DNA from: a virus
Reading direction: 5' to 3' (one strand)
DNA: 33,968 bases
IMG/VR virus record: IMGVR_UViG_3300045988_091480
Coordinates: 1-33,968 of that record
The number at the start of each line of letters is the position of its first letter. Within the stretch, counting starts at the first letter, position 1. A program made the translations under genes and the position numbers. Positions 11,831 through 21,433 of the stretch are shown here, piece after piece. The notes beneath the pieces are model-generated. The model searched no databases and was not told where the DNA came from. It was given only the letters and a program-made list of their open reading frames with translations.

Positions 11831-13936
11831 TCATAAGTCCGCGCTCAGCGTAAACGTTGCGCCATCCGCAGAGCTGGGCGTTGTGTAGACAGTGCCAGCC
11901 GGATTACTTATTTGTGCATACACGCACGCCAGCCGAGCCGCGCAGCCGTGTGCTTCGGCGGCCTGCATTATCTTAACCGATGACCCCAGCTGTACGGGCG
12001 CGCTCTGTGTAAGTACTGGCGCAGCTGTTCGCATTGCAACCGGCAGCGGTAAAATAAAGAATGCATACCCTGCGTCCTCGTACCCAAGATTGATTGTCTG
12101 GTACTGTGCATAATGCACTTGATAATAGTACCGCTGGCAGCGTCTCAGCTGCTCCGCGTAGTCTGGTATCTCATTAAGCACCCAGCTGCCGGAGGCGTCC
12201 TTGTGTGCTAGAGTTTGGTGGTCTCCGAGCTCAAATTTCGCGGCGCGCAGGATTTTAGAGTACGCAGCGCTCTTGATTGTTATTCCCGCTGTGACGAGCC
12301 CCTCAACCTTTTGACTAAAACTAACTACGCCCCACGTTGTGTCTGCGGATACCCATGACGTTGACAGCACCCCCGTCGCGGTGAGCAGGTCTCCGTCGGC
12401 AGTCAGCAGTGACATCGTATACGTCTCTCCTGCTGGCAGCGCGCCAGCCTCGATGTACTGCTGGAGATATGCCTCTGAGCCCGTGCCCGCATCTGAGAGC
12501 TTGATACCCGTGGCTGTGACCTCCAGCGTAGCCGTAGGCTCGGTGGTGCGCCAGCGGTCGATGGTGTACGTCGAGCCGGTGTACGTTGTCAGCCCGCGCT
12601 GGTTGACTGGGTTCTCGAAGTACCAGTTATCCAATAGGTTAGGGTTAACGTAGCTGATACCGAGATTCGCCCGCGCCGCCGCTGCCGTCTCCGCACCCGT
12701 GCCGCCGGAGGCAACAGGTACGGTTGCAGCAGCTGAAATTATGCCGCTACCGTTGGCTTTCAAGAAGCCGTTAGCGCTGCCGAAAAGAGCCGTGCGTATC
12801 TTTGCAATAACATTTGACCACAGTGTTTTCCTGTTTGCGCTCGCCGAAGCGTCGTAGAACGGGAAATAGTCTGCGTCTGCTATCGCCGTCTCTGCGGTCA
12901 AACTGTTCGTCGCGAGTTGCTTGCCGTCGACGGTCGTCTGCAATGCCGAAAACTGATCTGTCGTCGGCGCGCCGACATCGGCGGCGGAATAATCCCCCTC
13001 TTCCGGCTGTACTGCGCCGGAACGCCCGTTGAACGACATGACACCGCCGCCGGCAGCCTGTGAAGCTTGATCTGCCCAATACTTAGCGTTGTTGTGATAT
13101 GTCTCATCCGACGTGCCGACCGGTGCTCCATTGCGTTTGCCGACCGCCCAAGCCTCGCTGTCCTCGGCACTTTCTTCCGCCGCTGCGGCACTGTCCGCCG
13201 CGGCATCTGCTTTTTGCCCAGCGGTCGCGGCGCTTCCGGCTGCCGCCGTTGCACTGTCCGCCGCGGCATCGGCTTTCTGTCCGGCGGTCGCGGCGCTTCC
13301 GGCTGCCGCCGTTGCACTGCCCGCCGCAGCGTCGGCTTTTTGCCCAGCAGTCGTGGCGCTTCCGGCTGCCGCTGTCGCACTGCCTGCCGCAGCGTCGGCT
13401 TTCTGCCCGGCAGTCGTGGCGCTTCCGGCTGCTGCCGTTGCGCTCCCTGCCGCAGCGTCGGCGTACTCTTTTGCGTTCTCGATATTGGGCAGCGCGGCAA
13501 GAATTCTCGCGACTGTCTCGGTCAGTGCATTATAGTAATCGCTGGATTTTATCTGACTGTCGTCGACCGCCGAGGGCTGCACGCGCAGCACCCACGCGAA
13601 CGTCGAGACTTTGACTGCGTCCGCCGTATAGAAATCAAGCTCCATATTGACGTCACCCGGAACGGTGGTCGCCTGTGCGGCGAGCGTGAGCGTCGCCACA
13701 TTGCCGGACACCGAAACCGCGGAATCGTCATTCTCCAGCGTGTCATAAAAACCGGCTGTCCCGTCAGGCTTATAATAGCGCACGACGGGGACGGCATTGT
13801 CCGGCGGTGTCCAGGGCTGTGAGCCCTCTACCATGGTCAGCTCGACGACACGGGAAAGCTGGTCGAGCTGTTTTGCGTAGATCTGCGTCGCATAATTCGG
13901 GCGCAGGACGTCAACTGTTATCTTCGCTGTTGGCAT
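11831..13936 (-). CDS. Tail fibre / receptor-binding protein (BppU_N-like N-terminus, Ala-rich repeat stalk, C-terminal head domain)
   Basis: The N-terminus KITVDVLRPNYATQIYAKQLDQLSRVVELTM... is a BppU_N-like pattern. The stalk carries 21-aa repeats AAAGSATAAAGSATTAGQKAD, followed by NAKYWADQA and FNGRSGAV motifs. ATG 13936 follows an AGGAGGGGAG SD; the track start is GTG 13942. Confidence 0.8.
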   Translation of the reverse strand: MPTAKITVDVLRPNYATQIYAKQLDQLSRVVELTMVEGSQPWTPPDNAVPVVRYYKPDGTAGFYDTLENDDSAVSVSGNVATLTLAAQATTVPGDVNMELDFYTADAVKVSTFAWVLRVQPSAVDDSQIKSSDYYNALTETVARILAALPNIENAKEYADAAAGSATAAAGSATTAGQKADAAAGSATAAAGSATTAGQKADAAAGSATAAAGSAATAGQKADAAADSATAAAGSAATAGQKADAAADSAAAAEESAEDSEAWAVGKRNGAPVGTSDETYHNNAKYWADQASQAAGGGVMSFNGRSGAVQPEEGDYSAADVGAPTTDQFSALQTTVDGKQLATNSLTAETAIADADYFPFYDASASANRKTLWSNVIAKIRTALFGSANGFLKANGSGIISAAATVPVASGGTGAETAAAARANLGISYVNPNLLDNWYFENPVNQRGLTTYTGSTYTIDRWRTTEPTATLEVTATGIKLSDAGTGSEAYLQQYIEAGALPAGETYTMSLLTADGDLLTATGVLSTSWVSADTTWGVVSFSQKVEGLVTAGITIKSAAYSKILRAAKFELGDHQTLAHKDASGSWVLNEIPDYAEQLRRCQRYYYQVHYAQYQTINLGYEDAGYAFFILPLPVAMRTAAPVLTQSAPVQLGSSVKIMQAAEAHGCAARLACVYAQISNPAGTVYTTPSSADGATFTLSADL
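13188..13461. repeat. 63-bp tandem repeat, about 4.3 copies, coding (fibre stalk)
   Basis: Units start at 13188, 13251, 13314 and 13377, with a partial fifth unit. They have few substitutions and lie in frame. Confidence 0.9.
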
Positions 13937-14099
13937 TGGCACTCCCCTCCTGTGTTTTCTGAATCGGCTGCGTCATATGCGCGATAACATCATCCAGCCC
14001 GCGCATGCAGCCGAGCATCATGCTGACGTTGTCCGTGCCGGCAACGGGTATACTATCCAGCGTTCTCCGCACGGCGCGAAGGACTTCTATCTCGTTCAT
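13911..14099 (-). CDS. Hypothetical small protein (62 aa) in the baseplate/fibre module
   Basis: Track ORF, coupled on both sides. Confidence 0.5.
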   Translation of the reverse strand: MNEIEVLRAVRRTLDSIPVAGTDNVSMMLGCMRGLDDVIAHMTQPIQKTQEGSANANSEDNS

Positions 14100-14353
14100 A
14101 CAGTGACCTCCTTTTCCAGCACAACTCGCACCGCGTCGCCCTCCGGGCTGATGACTTTCAGGCGCGTATATCCCTTGACTTCTGTTTCTGCATATGTCAG
14201 TGTGCCGGTCTCCGCGGGGTTATCATAAAAGGCACCCGCAAGCTCCGGGAGAGACTTCCCCAGCACGCGGATGTTCAAGAGACCGAGCGCGGCGCAGGGA
14301 TTGAAATAATCCGTGTCATACCGTTTTCCTGTTGCCGTTTCAAAAAAATCCAT
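14096..14353 (-). CDS. Hypothetical small protein (85 aa) in the baseplate/fibre module
   Basis: The internal ATG 14353 is preceded by an AAGGAGG SD. Confidence 0.55.
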   Translation of the reverse strand: MDFFETATGKRYDTDYFNPCAALGLLNIRVLGKSLPELAGAFYDNPAETGTLTYAETEVKGYTRLKVISPEGDAVRVVLEKEVTV

Positions 14354-14363
14354 ACAAGCCTCC

Positions 14364-16220
14364 TTATGTGCCGCTGTCGCGGCAGATCGCATAAAAGTTG
14401 ACGCCGTTTTTATCGGTAATGGTGCTCCAACGGCATTGCTGCCCCTGGAAGAAAAACATTGAGGATGCCTCCAGAATCGCCGCCTTCATGTACGTGACCT
14501 GCGCATTGTTGTTGAACGCATTTCCGGCTTGATCCGCATAGGCAAGGGACGTATTTATCCCGGTATTGGTGTTCGTCGTTGTCAACGTACCGCCCCCGAC
14601 GTTGCCGCCGTAGCCGCCGGATATGGTATACGTCCCGATATTGCCGCCGGTCACTGTACCTGTGCCGATCTGATAGCCGGATATATATCCGGCATCGCCG
14701 CCAGCCTGGATGTTCTTGGCGTAGACATTGCCGGTGAACGTCCCGCTCGTAGCGTAGAGATTGCCGTCGGCGTCGACCTTGAATTTTCCACCGCCGAGAG
14801 CAAGGCCATCAGTGCCGATATACACGCCGTTGTGAGTGGTGTCGTCGAAGCCGGTCATGCCATTATGCAGGGATTTTGTTGACAGCGTGAAGCCGCCGAC
14901 CGTGACCTCTTCGGAGTTCAGCGCGCCCGTCTGTATGAAGTCCGCGACGATCTTGCCGTCCTGCGTGATGGCCGTGCCATACGTGCCGTTATAGCCATTT
15001 GAACTATGGCCAAGGCCGCCGAGATTCCAGCGCCACAGGTTTTTCGCCGCCGCTTTGTCCGGCGCGTCCATTATCAGCAGCTCGTAAGGCTGCCCGGCAT
15101 CGTTCAAGCCTATCATGAGATAGCCACCGTTCTGGCCGGTTATCTCATCGGTCGCATTTTTTATTGCTCCCGCTTGAGCCGCGCTCTGCACCTGATTCCA
15201 CTCACTGAGCGGATTTGTGACCGCGTTGGTGATATTTTTGAGCTGTGATTGGATCTTCCCCGGCGACGTGGACAGGACGACCTTGTTTTTATGCGGATAG
15301 TAGGGATATATCCACAGCTCGACGATCTGATGATAGATTATCGTGTTCGCCCGCGTCTGGTCTATCAACCCCACAACGGCTAAGAGCGAAAAGTCCAGAT
15401 AGCTATATTTGTCCGGGTCTGTCTTGGCGAGGTCATACACCGAGCAATCATAACTGCGCTCCGGGACGGCCAGCAGGGCGAGCTTTGCCTTCGCGTCCGC
15501 ATACAGGTTTTCCGGGACGGTATAGCGCTCATCTTTCCACCATGCGCAGATGACCTTGTCGGAATAGGTGTTATCATCCACATAGGGCTTGCCGCCGTTG
15601 ATGGAGGCGAACGTCAAGCCGTCTTTTCCCTGCGCATAGAGGCGCGTAGCAAAGCTTGAGGATTTGCCCTTATAATTGTTCTCCTTGAGGTTCAGATCGC
15701 GCGTGGCGAACGCACCGAGCGGCTGGTAGGCCGCTGTGTTGATGATCGTGACCACTCTGTTGATGTTATCAAAACGGAATGTCACGCCGAACGTCGACCG
15801 GCACTGCTCCAGCACGTCCAGCGGCGTCGCCGCCTCAAGCTCGACCGTGCGCTTGAAAGTAAAGCCGGAATTGTCCGTCACTGTCCATCCCTGAGGCTTG
15901 ACGGCGTTCACGATGTCCGCCACGGCGGCAGAATCGGATTTATACCCGACTGTCAGCGTGGTTTTCCATTCGTCCAGGTCGATATTGCAGACGACATTAG
16001 CGTCCGTGCTGCCGCCGTCTATCGCCTTGATGATGTATCTGCACGGCTGATTACCGGCAGATTCCTCGCGGATCGTCGTTTCTTCCTGGAGTTCCTGGTA
16101 TATTGGGTCGAAAATCGAAATTGAGAATTTGACCTCATCCATCCCGCTCGACAGCTGACGAATATAATAATCGTCAACATTGAGGGGCTTTGCCGAGGTC
16201 GATGTTATGAGAGTGAGCAT
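14364..16220 (-). CDS. Tail-associated protein Tal / prophage tail endopeptidase-family minor structural protein
   Basis: 618 aa, directly after Dit. The N-terminal pattern (LDEWKTTL..., RFDNINRVVTI) is typical of siphovirus Tal proteins, and the C-terminus is Gly-rich beta-helix-like. Confidence 0.8.
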   Translation of the reverse strand: MLTLITSTSAKPLNVDDYYIRQLSSGMDEVKFSISIFDPIYQELQEETTIREESAGNQPCRYIIKAIDGGSTDANVVCNIDLDEWKTTLTVGYKSDSAAVADIVNAVKPQGWTVTDNSGFTFKRTVELEAATPLDVLEQCRSTFGVTFRFDNINRVVTIINTAAYQPLGAFATRDLNLKENNYKGKSSSFATRLYAQGKDGLTFASINGGKPYVDDNTYSDKVICAWWKDERYTVPENLYADAKAKLALLAVPERSYDCSVYDLAKTDPDKYSYLDFSLLAVVGLIDQTRANTIIYHQIVELWIYPYYPHKNKVVLSTSPGKIQSQLKNITNAVTNPLSEWNQVQSAAQAGAIKNATDEITGQNGGYLMIGLNDAGQPYELLIMDAPDKAAAKNLWRWNLGGLGHSSNGYNGTYGTAITQDGKIVADFIQTGALNSEEVTVGGFTLSTKSLHNGMTGFDDTTHNGVYIGTDGLALGGGKFKVDADGNLYATSGTFTGNVYAKNIQAGGDAGYISGYQIGTGTVTGGNIGTYTISGGYGGNVGGGTLTTTNTNTGINTSLAYADQAGNAFNNNAQVTYMKAAILEASSMFFFQGQQCRWSTITDKNGVNFYAICRDSGT

Positions 16221-16230
16221 TCACGCCTCC

Positions 16231-16941
16231 TCATATATACGTGGGGTAATACTGCACCGTTGTGGGGTCAATACAGGTGAGCTGATTAAAGCCCGGTGTC
16301 AGGCGCGGGAAGTCCAGCCAGCTGACATTCAGCGCATTGTCCACGCCGTTGCGGAGGATCCGCTTGCTTATTCCGTCGAACACAAGGCGTTCCCCGGCAG
16401 TGACATTCTTGAACACCGCGCCGCCGAGGGTATATTGCGCCGCCGCTTTCGTAACCTGCGTGGAGAAACGCGCATCGGTGTATGGCATTGTCGACATACA
16501 CCGTATTTCGTTGTCCCCGGCAGAGAGCCCGACGGTCTCAAGCTCCGCATGGCGGATACCCTTGAGGCTATACGACGCGCTCAGAATTGCGCCGCGGTCT
16601 GTATTCGCCTCCACCGCTGCCGTGCCGAAGCTCTCAGCATAGACAGAGTACCAATACCCATCGGGGAGCCACAATTCATTCTTGCCATAGAGCGCGCCGT
16701 CGAAGAGGCTTTTCAGCATGGTGCACTCCTGTATCTCCGGCGCGAAGAATTTGACCGTGATGCGGAGGCTGCGCATGCCGAACGTCGTGTCGAGCTGCGT
16801 CCAGCTGGTGCGGTTGCGCCCGAGGTAGACCGCGTTTGTCAGCTCAGTTTCGCCGACCTCATAATCTGCGAGGACACAAGCCCCAAACTCCGAAAAGAGC
16901 CGATGGTTTATCATCGGCTCCCTCACTATTCTTTCCGTCAT
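16231..16941 (-). CDS. Distal tail protein (Dit)
   Basis: About 236 aa, lying between TMP and Tal. ATG 16941 is 2 nt after the TMP stop. Confidence 0.7.
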   Translation of the reverse strand: MTERIVREPMINHRLFSEFGACVLADYEVGETELTNAVYLGRNRTSWTQLDTTFGMRSLRITVKFFAPEIQECTMLKSLFDGALYGKNELWLPDGYWYSVYAESFGTAAVEANTDRGAILSASYSLKGIRHAELETVGLSAGDNEIRCMSTMPYTDARFSTQVTKAAAQYTLGGAVFKNVTAGERLVFDGISKRILRNGVDNALNVSWLDFPRLTPGFNQLTCIDPTTVQYYPTYI

Positions 16942-16943
16942 AC

Positions 16944-18872
16944 TCAAACCTCCAGCCATGCGAGCTGTTCGCCCATATTCCATGCGGTCGCGCGGGCTAT
17001 CTCGCGCTCATCGAGATACAGGGGGACAATGATGGTCATGTCCGGGGTGCTGCCGGTCGCGGTGAGGCGGAACGACATATCCCGCTCCAAGCTGTCAAGC
17101 GACGTGTTTGAATAGCCCAGCTCCACCGGCTGCAACGCATCCGCCGCCACGTCGCCGACATTCTCGTAGAGCGTTTCCACCGTGCGGATGAGCTTGGGCG
17201 CGGTGTCCTCATAGCCCTCTATCGCGCCCTCGGTCGACATCTCGCCGACATAGCGGAACTTGGTCGAGGGCGAGTGTATGCCGAGGATGCGCTTTGCGGA
17301 GTTCCACAAACTGAGCGCTATGTTTTCAACCGTATCAATAAGCCACTGCCACCCGGCCTGCAAGCCGTTCCCTATGCCTTGGATTATCGATTGTCCTATT
17401 GTGCCCCAGTCGATGTTTCTGAACGTGTCTATAATGCTGGCCACAAGGTCGACTATCATCGTCTTTACCACTGGGACAGCCGTCAACATCCCGCTCGCAA
17501 GCATCGACAGGAGCTGCACTCCGGATTCGACTATCGCCGGGAAATTTTCAATGATTGCTTGTATTATTCCGGCAATGATTTTCGGTATCGCCGCGATGAC
17601 CTGCGGCAAGCCCTTTATGAGGCCGGTCGCGAGCCCTACAACGATCTGATAGCCTGAGGTCAGAATCGTCGGCAGGTTCGCGAGAATGCTTGTCACAAGC
17701 TGTGTGATGATATTCACGGCGCTCTCTGCGATCTTGTCCGAGTGGGATGCAAGACCGTCCAGCAGCTTCAGGAGGATCTGCATGCCGGCATCAAGCACGA
17801 GCGGCAGGAGCGTGTCTATGGAGTTGAGGAGCGCATCGAAAATACCGTCCACGGCCTCCAGAACGCCCGGAAGGACGCCCTCCACGAGCTGGGGGAATGC
17901 CTCAAGGATAACCGGCGCAAGTGCCACGACAAGCCCCGCAATGCCGTTGAGCGCGGTTTCTATGCGCGGGAGCAGGTTTTCCGCCGCGATGCCGACACTT
18001 TCGACGAAGTTCTTGACAAGCTGGTCGAAGTTCTGCGTATCATCGGCGACACCGACGAGCAGGTTTTCCCACGCCGCCGTTGCCGCGTTGACACTGCCCT
18101 GAATGGTGGTGCTCGCCTCTTTCGCGGTCGTGCCGGTGACGCCCATTTCGGTCTGCACCGTGTGGATAGCCTCGACGATCTTCGCAAAAGATACCTCGTT
18201 GACGGTTTCGGCCGTCACAGTGATGGTATCGCCCAGCACGCCGGAATCGTTGATGAGGCGCGCCATTTCGGACGCTGTGCCACCGTAGCCCAGCTTGAGG
18301 TTATCAAGCATGGTGTAATTTTGCTTGGCAAAGCCCTGATAAGCGTCCTGTATACGCTGGAAGTCCGTGCCGAACTTGTTGGCGTTGTCAGACATATCCG
18401 TCATGGCGACGTCGGCGAGCTTTGCAGCCGCCTCCGTGTCGCCGCCGAGACCTTGCAGCAGGGACGCCGCAAAGCCCGTGACGGTCTCCATATACTTGTT
18501 GGCGGAGACGCCGGCAGTCTGGTACGCATTGTTTGCGTACTTCATCACGGTGGCCGCGCTGTCCTTGAACAGGGTCTCAACGCCGCCGACAAGCTGCTCA
18601 TAGTCTCCGTAGGCCTCCACGGCCTGTTTCGCACCGGAGATTATGGCATTCGGCAGGGCTTGCAGCGCCCGTCCGCCGAGGCTAACAAGCTCCTCGCCGA
18701 TCTTGCGCGCTGCGCCTGTCCATATCTCTTGAAATCTTGAAGCATGGTCGCGGGATTTCTCCGCGCCCTCGCCGAGTTTATCGCCTATCTTCTTCCCGGC
18801 TTTTTCCGCTTCTGCTTCCGCGCCTTTGGCGTCCACTTCTACGCCATATATTACTTTGCCGTCCTCGGCCAC
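16944..18872 (-). CDS. Tape measure protein (642 aa)
   Basis: Long Ala/Gly/Leu-rich helical protein with hydrophobic central repeats, positioned after the chaperone pair. Confidence 0.85.
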   Translation of the reverse strand: MAEDGKVIYGVEVDAKGAEAEAEKAGKKIGDKLGEGAEKSRDHASRFQEIWTGAARKIGEELVSLGGRALQALPNAIISGAKQAVEAYGDYEQLVGGVETLFKDSAATVMKYANNAYQTAGVSANKYMETVTGFAASLLQGLGGDTEAAAKLADVAMTDMSDNANKFGTDFQRIQDAYQGFAKQNYTMLDNLKLGYGGTASEMARLINDSGVLGDTITVTAETVNEVSFAKIVEAIHTVQTEMGVTGTTAKEASTTIQGSVNAATAAWENLLVGVADDTQNFDQLVKNFVESVGIAAENLLPRIETALNGIAGLVVALAPVILEAFPQLVEGVLPGVLEAVDGIFDALLNSIDTLLPLVLDAGMQILLKLLDGLASHSDKIAESAVNIITQLVTSILANLPTILTSGYQIVVGLATGLIKGLPQVIAAIPKIIAGIIQAIIENFPAIVESGVQLLSMLASGMLTAVPVVKTMIVDLVASIIDTFRNIDWGTIGQSIIQGIGNGLQAGWQWLIDTVENIALSLWNSAKRILGIHSPSTKFRYVGEMSTEGAIEGYEDTAPKLIRTVETLYENVGDVAADALQPVELGYSNTSLDSLERDMSFRLTATGSTPDMTIIVPLYLDEREIARATAWNMGEQLAWLEV

Positions 18873-18881
18873 TTAAATCAC

Positions 18882-19388
18882 CTACCTCATCGGCACGGAC
18901 ATTTTGCGCAAGCTCTCCGCGAAAAGGCGCTCCCGCTCCTCTTTGGAGATTTTCAACGCGACCTTGTCTTTCGCCTTCTGGAGGGCTTCTATCTGCTTCT
19001 GGTTGTACTTTGTGGGCTCCGGGATGGGCTGACGGCGGAGGGCGACGGTGCGCATGAACGCGGTGTCGCTTGGCAGGTCGGAAAGCAGCTCAAGAAACTG
19101 CTGGATGTGCATATCGCTCTCCGTGAGGTCAATACCGTAGGCACGGAAGAAACCACTGCGGATGAGTGCCGCGTCCTGGTGGAGATCCATATACCTTTCT
19201 CCTTCCGGCTTTTCGCCCCTCGGAATGAGGTCATATATGCGCGTCAGCAGTTCCCTCCGCTGCGCATAGCTGAGCTTTTTACACCCGGAACGCACAAGGA
19301 GGTCGAGCTGAAAGTCTATTTTATCCTGCTCCGTCATGTGCCCGTCGCACATCGCGTCCATTGCCTCGAGCACACTGCAAAACGACAT
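18882..19388 (-). CDS. Tail assembly chaperone, distal part (Gp15-like)
   Basis: Position between the chaperone and TMP. No SD precedes ATG 19388, and the frame stays open upstream to 19511. Confidence 0.6.
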   Translation of the reverse strand: MSFCSVLEAMDAMCDGHMTEQDKIDFQLDLLVRSGCKKLSYAQRRELLTRIYDLIPRGEKPEGERYMDLHQDAALIRSGFFRAYGIDLTESDMHIQQFLELLSDLPSDTAFMRTVALRRQPIPEPTKYNQKQIEALQKAKDKVALKISKEERERLFAESLRKMSVPMR

Positions 19389-19446
19389 ATCCAGCGGCCA
19401 TGTCTGCCCGGCGTACTCAATGCTCCATGGGCGCGGGGAATAAACC

Positions 19447-19875
19447 TTATCTACCCCATCTGTGCTTCCCTGTCCGCTGCCCGTGCTTCCGGGTCGCTTT
19501 GGCGGCGGCGGTCAGCTGCTGCCGTCTGGCGGCGCTTGCGGCGGTCGCCGCGGGGACAACGACGTCATTCAAAAACGGATAGACGTCTATGAGCATCGCC
19601 GAATAGCGCCCGTCGTAGAACGCCAGCAGCTGCGCCGCCTGTTCATCGCCGAAGACGAGGCGGAGCAAGGCAACGACCGCCTCGCCGTAGCCATCCACAG
19701 CGGACTGGCCGCCGTCTTTGACCTTGTCCGTCGCCGCGAGGAGCTCCGCGCGCGTGCGGTTGTACTTTCCGATGAATGCGTCAATATCAATATCAACGGT
19801 CAGCTCAAGGCGATCTTCGCCCGCCTCGACCACGAAAGTTTCTTTCAGTTTGTCCGTGCGTGTTACTTTATACAT
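19447..19875 (-). CDS. Tail assembly chaperone (G-like)
   Basis: 142-aa acidic protein directly after the major tail gene, with an AAAGGAGA SD. Confidence 0.6.
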   Translation of the reverse strand: MYKVTRTDKLKETFVVEAGEDRLELTVDIDIDAFIGKYNRTRAELLAATDKVKDGGQSAVDGYGEAVVALLRLVFGDEQAAQLLAFYDGRYSAMLIDVYPFLNDVVVPAATAASAARRQQLTAAAKATRKHGQRTGKHRWGR

Positions 19876-19896
19876 GGTTTTTAATCTCCTTTACTT

Positions 19897-19929
19897 GAAA
19901 AGCACCCTCACCGTGTTTCGGTGAGGGTG
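19897..19929 (-). terminator. Leaky terminator after the major tail protein gene
   Basis: The minus strand reads caccctcaccg aaaca cggtgagggtg followed by cttttc. Confidence 0.6.
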
Positions 19930-19936
19930 TTATCGG

Positions 19937-20674
19937 TCAGGTCTTGCTGACGACGACGGCGCTTCCGGAGGCAACGACAACATACGTGGATATGTTTATC
20001 ATCGCCACGGTCACATTCTGCCCGTTAGGGATCTCATAAGTCGCGCCGTTGGTGAAGTCATTCCAGCCAACGAGCACATTCCCCTCCGTCGCGGTGGGGG
20101 CGTCCTTGCCGTAGGCATAGACGAACTTGCACCCGGCGTCGGGATAAGTGGGCGCGGCCTTAATGACGGTCTGCCCGGTCGCCGCGCCCGCCTCGCTCGT
20201 GACGGTTACGGAGCCGGTTGCGGCCACCGTCTCAAAGAGGGGCTTGCCCTGCATGCCCACATCAACGCTCACAGCCGCGCCGTCTGTGGTAGCGCCGCCG
20301 AAAGACTTGATGTTGCTGAGGTTCGCTCTGAACGTCCAGCGACTGACCGTGCCGTCCGCATTGGCCAGGGAGTAGCGGAAATTCGTGATGCGCCCCTCCA
20401 TGGTCTCATACTTGAGGCCGAAAATGTAGTCCTGCGCGGCGTCGCCGACGATGCGCACGCCCGTAAGGCTGAACTTGGGGTGCATCCCAATAACGAAGTC
20501 CGCGCCGAAGCCCTTCGCGCAGAGGAAGAAATATTCCTGCGTCTGCTCGTTGAGAGCCTCATCCAGATTGGTAAATCCCGCGCACATGGGCGTCCACGTG
20601 CGCGACGCTCCGTGCGGCGTAATGTCTATTTCAAGCATTACGCCGTACTGAGTGAGCAAATAGTTACTGTCCAT
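19937..20674 (-). CDS. Major tail protein with a C-terminal Ig-like domain
   Basis: Gene-order position. The C-terminal VTVTSEAGAATGQTVIKA...VTVAMIN...VVASGSAVVV is Ig-like, similar in style to the MCP C-terminus. ATG 20674 overlaps the upstream stop (TAATG). Confidence 0.75.
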   Translation of the reverse strand: MDSNYLLTQYGVMLEIDITPHGASRTWTPMCAGFTNLDEALNEQTQEYFFLCAKGFGADFVIGMHPKFSLTGVRIVGDAAQDYIFGLKYETMEGRITNFRYSLANADGTVSRWTFRANLSNIKSFGGATTDGAAVSVDVGMQGKPLFETVAATGSVTVTSEAGAATGQTVIKAAPTYPDAGCKFVYAYGKDAPTATEGNVLVGWNDFTNGATYEIPNGQNVTVAMINISTYVVVASGSAVVVSKT

Positions 20675-21072
20675 TATTTCAGTCCTTTCATGTAAAACTT
20701 CACCGCGAGCGATGAGCCATAGAGCCACTGACTATTCGCCTCACGTCCAAGCAGACGCGGGGACGAGACCGTCTCAATGGCGTATATCTGCCACGCCTCC
20801 GATGCCGGGTAGTCCCGGCGGCGTGTCAGGAAGCGGTGTATGGCGTCCAGCGCGGTGATAACGGCGCGCTGGTCTGTGTGCTTGCCGTTGAGCACGACGG
20901 TCATGCGCTGATCAGTCCCTATATTTAGATCTGTCGCCTGTGTCCCGCTCTGCCCGGTCATGGCTATGCCGTTATCCGGCGGCATTGAACCGGTCAATAT
21001 GGGGCTGTACGGGGTTGTGAGCTGCGCCATATCTATCACGGCCTGTAAAACATCATCGTACATATCAGCCAT
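20674..21072 (-). CDS. Tail completion / tail terminator-like protein (Minor_capsid_3-like)
   Basis: Gene order in an SPP1-like connector set. The internal ATG 21072 overlaps the upstream stop. Confidence 0.55.
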   Translation of the reverse strand: MADMYDDVLQAVIDMAQLTTPYSPILTGSMPPDNGIAMTGQSGTQATDLNIGTDQRMTVVLNGKHTDQRAVITALDAIHRFLTRRRDYPASEAWQIYAIETVSSPRLLGREANSQWLYGSSLAVKFYMKGLK

Positions 21073-21433
21073 TCTCCAGCGCGTTCTGCGCGACTTTCTG
21101 CCAATCTTCGCGGTGCTGCCGTTTGGCTTTTTCGCACCACTGCATATCTGTCCCGGCTGTGGTGTGGTTGTGGATCTGGTGCGTGCCGTCTGGCCAGCAT
21201 CCATAATACTGATACGCCGCATAGGGAGTGTTCCAAGTCACGGCTTGCTTGCCGTCGATCTCTTCGACACGCCCGCTCGCGCGCAGTGTCCCGCTCTGGC
21301 CGCCAGTCGCGAGCGGCACTATCGGCGTGCAGTCGCTCAAGACTTGTTCTGCAACAGCTGCTTCAACCCGCTTTCTATCACGCTTCAGCTTTTCGCCGAG
21401 CGCCGCCCGGTCCACAAAAACACGTACACCCAT
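21065..21433 (-). CDS. Head-tail joining protein (Minor_capsid_2 / gp10-like)
   Basis: Gene order. The TPYAAYQYYG motif is typical of this family, from memory. Confidence 0.55.
   Translation of the reverse strand: MGVRVFVDRAALGEKLKRDRKRVEAAVAEQVLSDCTPIVPLATGGQSGTLRASGRVEEIDGKQAVTWNTPYAAYQYYGCWPDGTHQIHNHTTAGTDMQWCEKAKRQHREDWQKVAQNALENG

Noticed and set aside
12898-13822. Alternative-frame ORFs (200, 251, 171 and 140 aa) and possible DGR template/variable repeats in the fibre gene
   Set aside because: These ORFs are repeat-generated Arg/Pro- or Ala-rich artefacts. The repeats are adjacent tandem units, not a TR/VR pair with adenine-specific differences, and no reverse transcriptase is present in the window.
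16180-18740. Plus-strand ORFs of 311, 332 and 138 aa over Dit/TMP
   Set aside because: They are antisense to the TMP and Dit genes and have the same shadow-ORF composition.
19447-19511. Canonical -1 frameshift between the tail chaperone ORFs
   Set aside because: The -1 frame is closed (TAG at 19451..19453) and the distal ORF is in the +1 frame. No XXXYYYZ slippery heptamer is evident.
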